Source: a cyanobacterium endosymbiont of Braarudosphaera bigelowii (GTDB taxonomy: Bacteria > Cyanobacteriota > Cyanobacteriia > Cyanobacteriales > Microcystaceae). From it: a stretch of 32,000 bases of DNA. Positions within the stretch are counted from its first letter, which is position 1; every line of letters starts with the position of its first letter. Positions 28,148 to 32,000 of this stretch are shown piece after piece. Made by a program: the position numbers and the translations under genes. Location of the stretch: assembly GCF_020885515.1 (NCBI RefSeq), contig NZ_AP024987.1, forward strand, positions 690,001 to 722,000. Reading direction: 5' to 3'. The notes beneath the pieces are model-generated. The model did no database searches. It was not told the origin of the DNA and saw nothing but the letters and a program-made list of their open reading frames with translations.

Positions 28148-30115
28148 ATGCCTAAAATCCGATTAAAATTCAACCAAAAGCTTATTTCATATTTCTTTGA
28201 AACAGCACAGCCTTATTTTTTCCCTATCAATAATAATCAGACATGGGTGTTCTGCACATTGTTAGTAACACTGATTGTTATGATTATTAGTTTAACTTAT
28301 TTCATAACAATTGGAGCAACGCTACTAACTAATACAGTTTTTACCAATTTTTCTAATATCATTACTAATGGTTTTATCGGCAAAATTAATAGAACTTTAG
28401 ACTCAAAGATTACTAGTTATGTAGCTATTATTTTGTTAGCTAGTAGTTTAATTTTTTTATCACAGTTCTCTAAAATAGGTAAGAAATGGAAACAGTGGTT
28501 TTTGTTAGGATCACTTCTTTTCCTTTTACTAGTTGTTAATGGATTAAGGCTCATTATGAGCTATGTATTCCGTTTTATAGATACTGCCTTAACGGAGAAA
28601 AATGCAGATGTCTTTTGGCAATTTATGATAGTTTATGGCTTGGTACTGATTTCTGCTGTACCGATTATTATAATTTATCGCTATACTAGAAAAAAACTGG
28701 GACTAATGTGGAGAAAATGGCTTACAAAGCATTTTTTAAGCCGTTACTTTAGTTACCGTGTCTACTATAAATTAAATTCAGAATATCTTAAGAAAGAAGT
28801 AGATAATCCTGATCAGAGAATAACACAAGATATAAAGTCTTTTACAATCGTTACTCTCGATTTTTTACTTGATTTTTTTAATTCAATCTTAACTTTGGTA
28901 TCTTTCTCTTATATTTTATATACCATATCAGATAGGTTAACATATGGTTTATTGGTCTATGCAATATTTGGTACTACAGTAGTTTTAATTGCAGGAAATC
29001 GTCTAATTAAAATTAACTACGCTCAATTGCGCTTAGAAGCAAATTTTCGTCATAGCATCTTAAGAATTAGAGACTATGCTGAGTCAATAGCTTTTTATAG
29101 AGGAGAATTTTTAGAAAACAAACAAGTTACTAATAAGTTAAAAAAAGTTGTTAAAAATTTTAACTTATTAATTATTTGGCAGTCTATTATTAATCTTTTT
29201 CAATTAGGATATAATTACTTTACACGATTAATACCATATATCATGATTGCTCCTTTATATTTAAAAGGAGAATTAGACTTTGGATCTATCGCCCAAGCAA
29301 CTGTTGCATTTAGTCAAGTCCTAGAAGCTCTTTCTTTAATAACTAACCGAATTCCAGAAATTACAAAATTTGCGGCTAGTATTAATCGTCTAGGAGAATT
29401 TTATGAATCAATGAATCCAGGATTATTGCAGGAAGAAGAATTGAATAGTGACTTAATTCATATCGAAAAATTTCCTGTTATTATTCTACAGAATGTCTCT
29501 TTATATCCTCCTAATTCCCAGAGAAAATTAGTTAAAAATATTACTGTTCGTGTTGATAAAAGTAATAATTTATTGATTATGGGAACTAGTGGAACTGGCA
29601 AAAGTTCCTTACTTAGAGCTATAGCTGGGCTTTGGACTTCAGGGTCTGGGACAATTTTTCGTCCTAGTCCGAAAGAAATATTGTTCTTGCCCCAACATCC
29701 ATACATGATTTCAGGAAGTTTAAAAGAACAGTTGCTATATCCTGACATGGGGAAATATATTACACAGAATCAGTTAGATAAGATATTAGTAGCTGTAGAT
29801 TTACAGAATTTAAGAAGTCGTTTTCAAGACTTTGATATAAGAGAGAATTGGAGTAGTGTATTATCCTTAGGAGAACAGCAGCGTATAGCATTTGCTAGAA
29901 TTCTAATTACTAAACCCCGTTATGTTATTTTGGACGAAGCGACTAGTGCTTTAGATGAAGAAAATGAAGAGTCTCTCTATCACAGCTTATCCACTTCAGA
30001 GATTAGCTACATTAGCGTAGGCCACAGACCAACCTTGACTAAATATCACCAACAGATATTAACCATCATGGACGAAGGAAATTGGGAACTAGAAACTCAC
30101 AAAATTTATAGTTGA
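28148..30115 (+). CDS. Fused ABC transporter permease/ATPase, SbmA-BacA / ABCD-like (ABC_membrane_2) family (655 aa)
   Basis: N-terminal ~6 TM domain with the family motif NPDQRITQDI, and an EAA-like region EANFRHSILRIRDYAESIAFYRG. C-terminal NBD with Walker A GTSGTGKSS, signature LSLGEQQR, Walker B VILDEATSALD and an H-loop SVGHR. Confidence 0.8.
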   Translation: MPKIRLKFNQKLISYFFETAQPYFFPINNNQTWVFCTLLVTLIVMIISLTYFITIGATLLTNTVFTNFSNIITNGFIGKINRTLDSKITSYVAIILLASSLIFLSQFSKIGKKWKQWFLLGSLLFLLLVVNGLRLIMSYVFRFIDTALTEKNADVFWQFMIVYGLVLISAVPIIIIYRYTRKKLGLMWRKWLTKHFLSRYFSYRVYYKLNSEYLKKEVDNPDQRITQDIKSFTIVTLDFLLDFFNSILTLVSFSYILYTISDRLTYGLLVYAIFGTTVVLIAGNRLIKINYAQLRLEANFRHSILRIRDYAESIAFYRGEFLENKQVTNKLKKVVKNFNLLIIWQSIINLFQLGYNYFTRLIPYIMIAPLYLKGELDFGSIAQATVAFSQVLEALSLITNRIPEITKFAASINRLGEFYESMNPGLLQEEELNSDLIHIEKFPVIILQNVSLYPPNSQRKLVKNITVRVDKSNNLLIMGTSGTGKSSLLRAIAGLWTSGSGTIFRPSPKEILFLPQHPYMISGSLKEQLLYPDMGKYITQNQLDKILVAVDLQNLRSRFQDFDIRENWSSVLSLGEQQRIAFARILITKPRYVILDEATSALDEENEESLYHSLSTSEISYISVGHRPTLTKYHQQILTIMDEGNWELETHKIYS

Positions 30116-30477
30116 GAAAAAATACTATTTAATAAATTTTAACTTTTTTATTTTTTAAATCAGAAAATTACTATTTTATGATTACTAAACATTAAAATAT
30201 TCTTTATGTCTTATTTATTTATTTTTAGTAAACATAAATAAACTATTAGATAATGTATAAAGACTTATTTACATGATGTTACTTTTTTTAATTTTAATCC
30301 CTATTGATTTTTTATTAGGATCTTCTTTTGAAGGTCTGTTCAATACTCATTAATTTAATATTTTTATATATAACTAAGGTTTAGATTTCCCTTCTATCCA
30401 AAAAATTAGTACAATAAATATATGAGGTTCTCGTAATCTTTTTTTATTCTTAAACATTCAGTCAAAACCATTAATTT

Positions 30478-30663
30478 ATGGAATCTAGTAGCTCATCAAA
30501 GAAGGGGACAGAACCTTCTGCTCATAGGTGGACTAACATTATGGGAACGGTAATTGCCATGATAACGTTGACACTGCCCGTTTTCGTAATTGCCTATTAC
30601 TCTTCAAATAAAGCTGATTCTCCTTCGAGTCAACTTCATTATCTGAATGATTCTAGAAAATAG
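30478..30663 (+). CDS. Hypothetical small single-pass membrane protein (61 aa)
   Basis: One clear TM helix (IMGTVIAMITLTLPVFVIAYY) between a Ser/Lys-rich N-terminus and a polar tail. By hand count the ORF is ~39% G+C versus ~24% in the 110 bp upstream, which favours real coding. I recognise no homologue. Confidence 0.45.
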   Translation: MESSSSSKKGTEPSAHRWTNIMGTVIAMITLTLPVFVIAYYSSNKADSPSSQLHYLNDSRK

Positions 30664-31260
30664 CATCTTTATTATTAGTTAAAATCATATTTCTATTTAT
30701 TTATCTCTAATGAAGGAAAGCCCTAAACTACAAGAGTAAAAATATTATGTAAGACACTTATCAAAAATATAGTTAAGGTTTATAGTTACTTTTTTAATAT
30801 TTAGTTTTGCTAAAAAATAGAATTTAAAAATACTTCATAAAATCTATGATTTTCCTTAAACTAGGACAATATATGTCTAGCACGTCAGAAAAAAGATACC
30901 ACAAATATCATTGGTGATGACGTTTTACATAAAGTAAACTAGTTATTTTTTTTACATTCTACTTTACGGAACTAAAACCCATATTAAGGTTTATGATTTA
31001 AGTTTATAAAATTTAAATCATAAAATCTATTTCTGTCTCATAAAAACAATTATCAATATATATAATATCAAATGATATAACTCATAAATAACATTTCTTA
31101 AGCTTAAAAGATATCACTGTTTTACTATAATTAGCTTGTTGATGAATAAAAGTATTTTGTTTTATACTCAAAAATTAAGGAGCAGTAAATTCCTACAGAA
31201 AATCTTAGGAATGAGAAGGTTAAAATTGAAGAAGAAACGCTAAAAAAATAATTAACATTC

Positions 31261-32000
31261 ATGTCAGATTTGCCAGCATCTATAGCTGTTTATTATCATC
31301 AACGAACAAAATACGATCCAAAAACTATTGCTACTAAAAATAAAGGTTTGGATTGGTCAAAGCAACCAACTCCTTTTAAGGAATATAAAATCGGCAAGTC
31401 TTATGAGCTAATAGCTTACTCATCAAAGAAATCATCAATTACTTCTCATTCTTCATATTGGCACAGACTTTCACGTTTATGTGGCTGTAGTTATGGATTA
31501 ACTGCAAAAATACCCACTATTGGAAGTCCTATGTATTTAAGAGCAACTCCATCAGCTGGAGGACTCTATCCAGCTGAAGTTTATCTAATTTCAAAAGGAA
31601 CTCCATGGCTACCAGCTGGATTGTATAGTTATCAGCCACAAAATCATTCCTTATTGCATTTTTGGGATGATAATGTTTGGGAAAATTTAGAGACAGCATG
31701 TTTATATCATCAGGCTCTTGAAAGCGCAGAAATAGTAGTTGTTACAACTGCTATTTTCTACAGATCATCGTGGCGATATGAAGACCGGGCCTATCGAAGA
31801 ATTTGTTTAGATACAGGGCACTTACTAGGTAATATAGAACTAGCTTGTGCTATGACTAATTATCGTCCTCACTTAATTGGAGGTTTTGTAGATAATTTAA
31901 TAAATAAAATCTTCTATTTTAACCCTAAAGAAGAAGGAGTGATTTCAGTTATTGCTTTATCTGATTTATCTAATGATAATAAAAATTTAAAAAATATAGG
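31261..32000 (+). CDS. SagB-type dehydrogenase / nitroreductase-superfamily protein, 5' part (truncated by window end)
   Basis: ATG at 31261, and the frame is open to the window edge (>246 codons); it is missing from the ORF track because no stop is reached. YHQRTKYDP...LDWSKQPTPFKEY, LR.TPSAGGLYP.EVYL, SWRYEDRAYRRICLDTGH are signatures I associate with the SagB/ThcOx-like dehydrogenase domain. Confidence 0.75.
   Translation, partial: MSDLPASIAVYYHQRTKYDPKTIATKNKGLDWSKQPTPFKEYKIGKSYELIAYSSKKSSITSHSSYWHRLSRLCGCSYGLTAKIPTIGSPMYLRATPSAGGLYPAEVYLISKGTPWLPAGLYSYQPQNHSLLHFWDDNVWENLETACLYHQALESAEIVVVTTAIFYRSSWRYEDRAYRRICLDTGHLLGNIELACAMTNYRPHLIGGFVDNLINKIFYFNPKEEGVISVIALSDLSNDNKNLKNI

Noticed and set aside
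398-29748. Nested or antisense track ORFs inside larger genes: 398..667, 716..907, 834..1034, 5256..5462, 5816..6058, 8889..9089, 9025..9309, 13321..13506, 15266..15460, 15315..15548, 15694..15957, 18113..18310, 18605..18814, 18681..18896, 21976..22164, 29458..29748
   Set aside because: Each overlaps a well-supported conserved gene in another frame or strand, has no recognisable motif, and is of a length expected by chance. They are not reported as genes.
30273-30353. 26-codon hydrophobic sORF (MMLLFLILIPIDFLLGSSFEGLFNTH)
   Set aside because: There is no SD and no compositional contrast with the surrounding AT-rich spacer. Poly-T-derived Leu/Phe/Ile codons arise trivially. It resembles no small photosystem or b6f subunit I know.
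28148-32000. Idea that ABC transporter + 61-aa ORF + SagB-like gene form a thiazole/oxazole RiPP (TOMM) cluster with the small ORF as precursor
   Set aside because: The small ORF has a transmembrane helix and no Cys-rich or Cys/Ser/Thr-repeat core. No YcaO or cyclodehydratase is visible. The spacers are 360-600 bp. Stand-alone SagB-like genes are common in cyanobacteria.
1-32000. Search for CRISPR arrays, IS/transposase genes, integrases, phage genes, toxin-antitoxin pairs or defence-system signatures
   Set aside because: There are no regularly spaced direct repeats, no terminal inverted repeats flanking an ORF, and no ORF with nuclease, ATPase or transposase motifs outside the housekeeping genes listed. 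The window appears to be core chromosome.

Overview
Strongly AT-rich chromosomal segment (by eye about 30% G+C, spacers nearer 20-25%). The gene content is clearly cyanobacterial and almost entirely housekeeping. I can support a partial tRNA-Gln, 28 protein genes and one RNase P RNA. In order: a gyrA-family topoisomerase subunit, 1-Cys peroxiredoxin, rpmB, a UPF0104-type membrane protein, a hydrogenase maturation protease (hupW-type), cobD, HU, dxs, ftrC plus a coupled DUF309 gene, a TPR-like anchored protein, the rpmH-rnpA-(gap)-yidC-jag cluster, the lysA-cdaA-uppS operon, rpsA, rnpB, a TerB-like protein, rsmB, cobI, rpsD, an M20 amidohydrolase, anmK, a BacA/SbmA-type ABC transporter, a 61-aa membrane ORF and the 5' part of a SagB-type dehydrogenase. 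rpmH (GTG start, 45 aa) and the truncated SagB-like gene are missing from the ORF track. Several track ORFs are artefacts, notably 19900..20256, which is antisense to rnpB. By my tally about three quarters of the window is coding, and the spacers are long (300-700 bp) and very AT-rich. I saw no IS elements, phage genes, CRISPR arrays, toxin-antitoxin pairs or recognisable defence or accessory island. The overall picture fits a genome-reduced cyanobacterial endosymbiont or organelle-like lineage (UCYN-A or diatom spheroid-body type); this is inference only. I do not see a discrete novel multi-gene system. The signals not explained by the genes are: (1) very long, perfectly paired stem-loops (28-30 bp stems) in spacers, one with two mutually exclusive folds and one ending 9 nt from a start codon; (2) a GyrA-family protein with no visible GyrA box; (3) a compact ~350-nt RNase P RNA; (4) a tandem 22-nt duplication in the dxs leader; (5) an empty 417-bp slot between rnpA and yidC; (6) a loosely linked BacA-like ABC / small membrane ORF / SagB-like neighbourhood.
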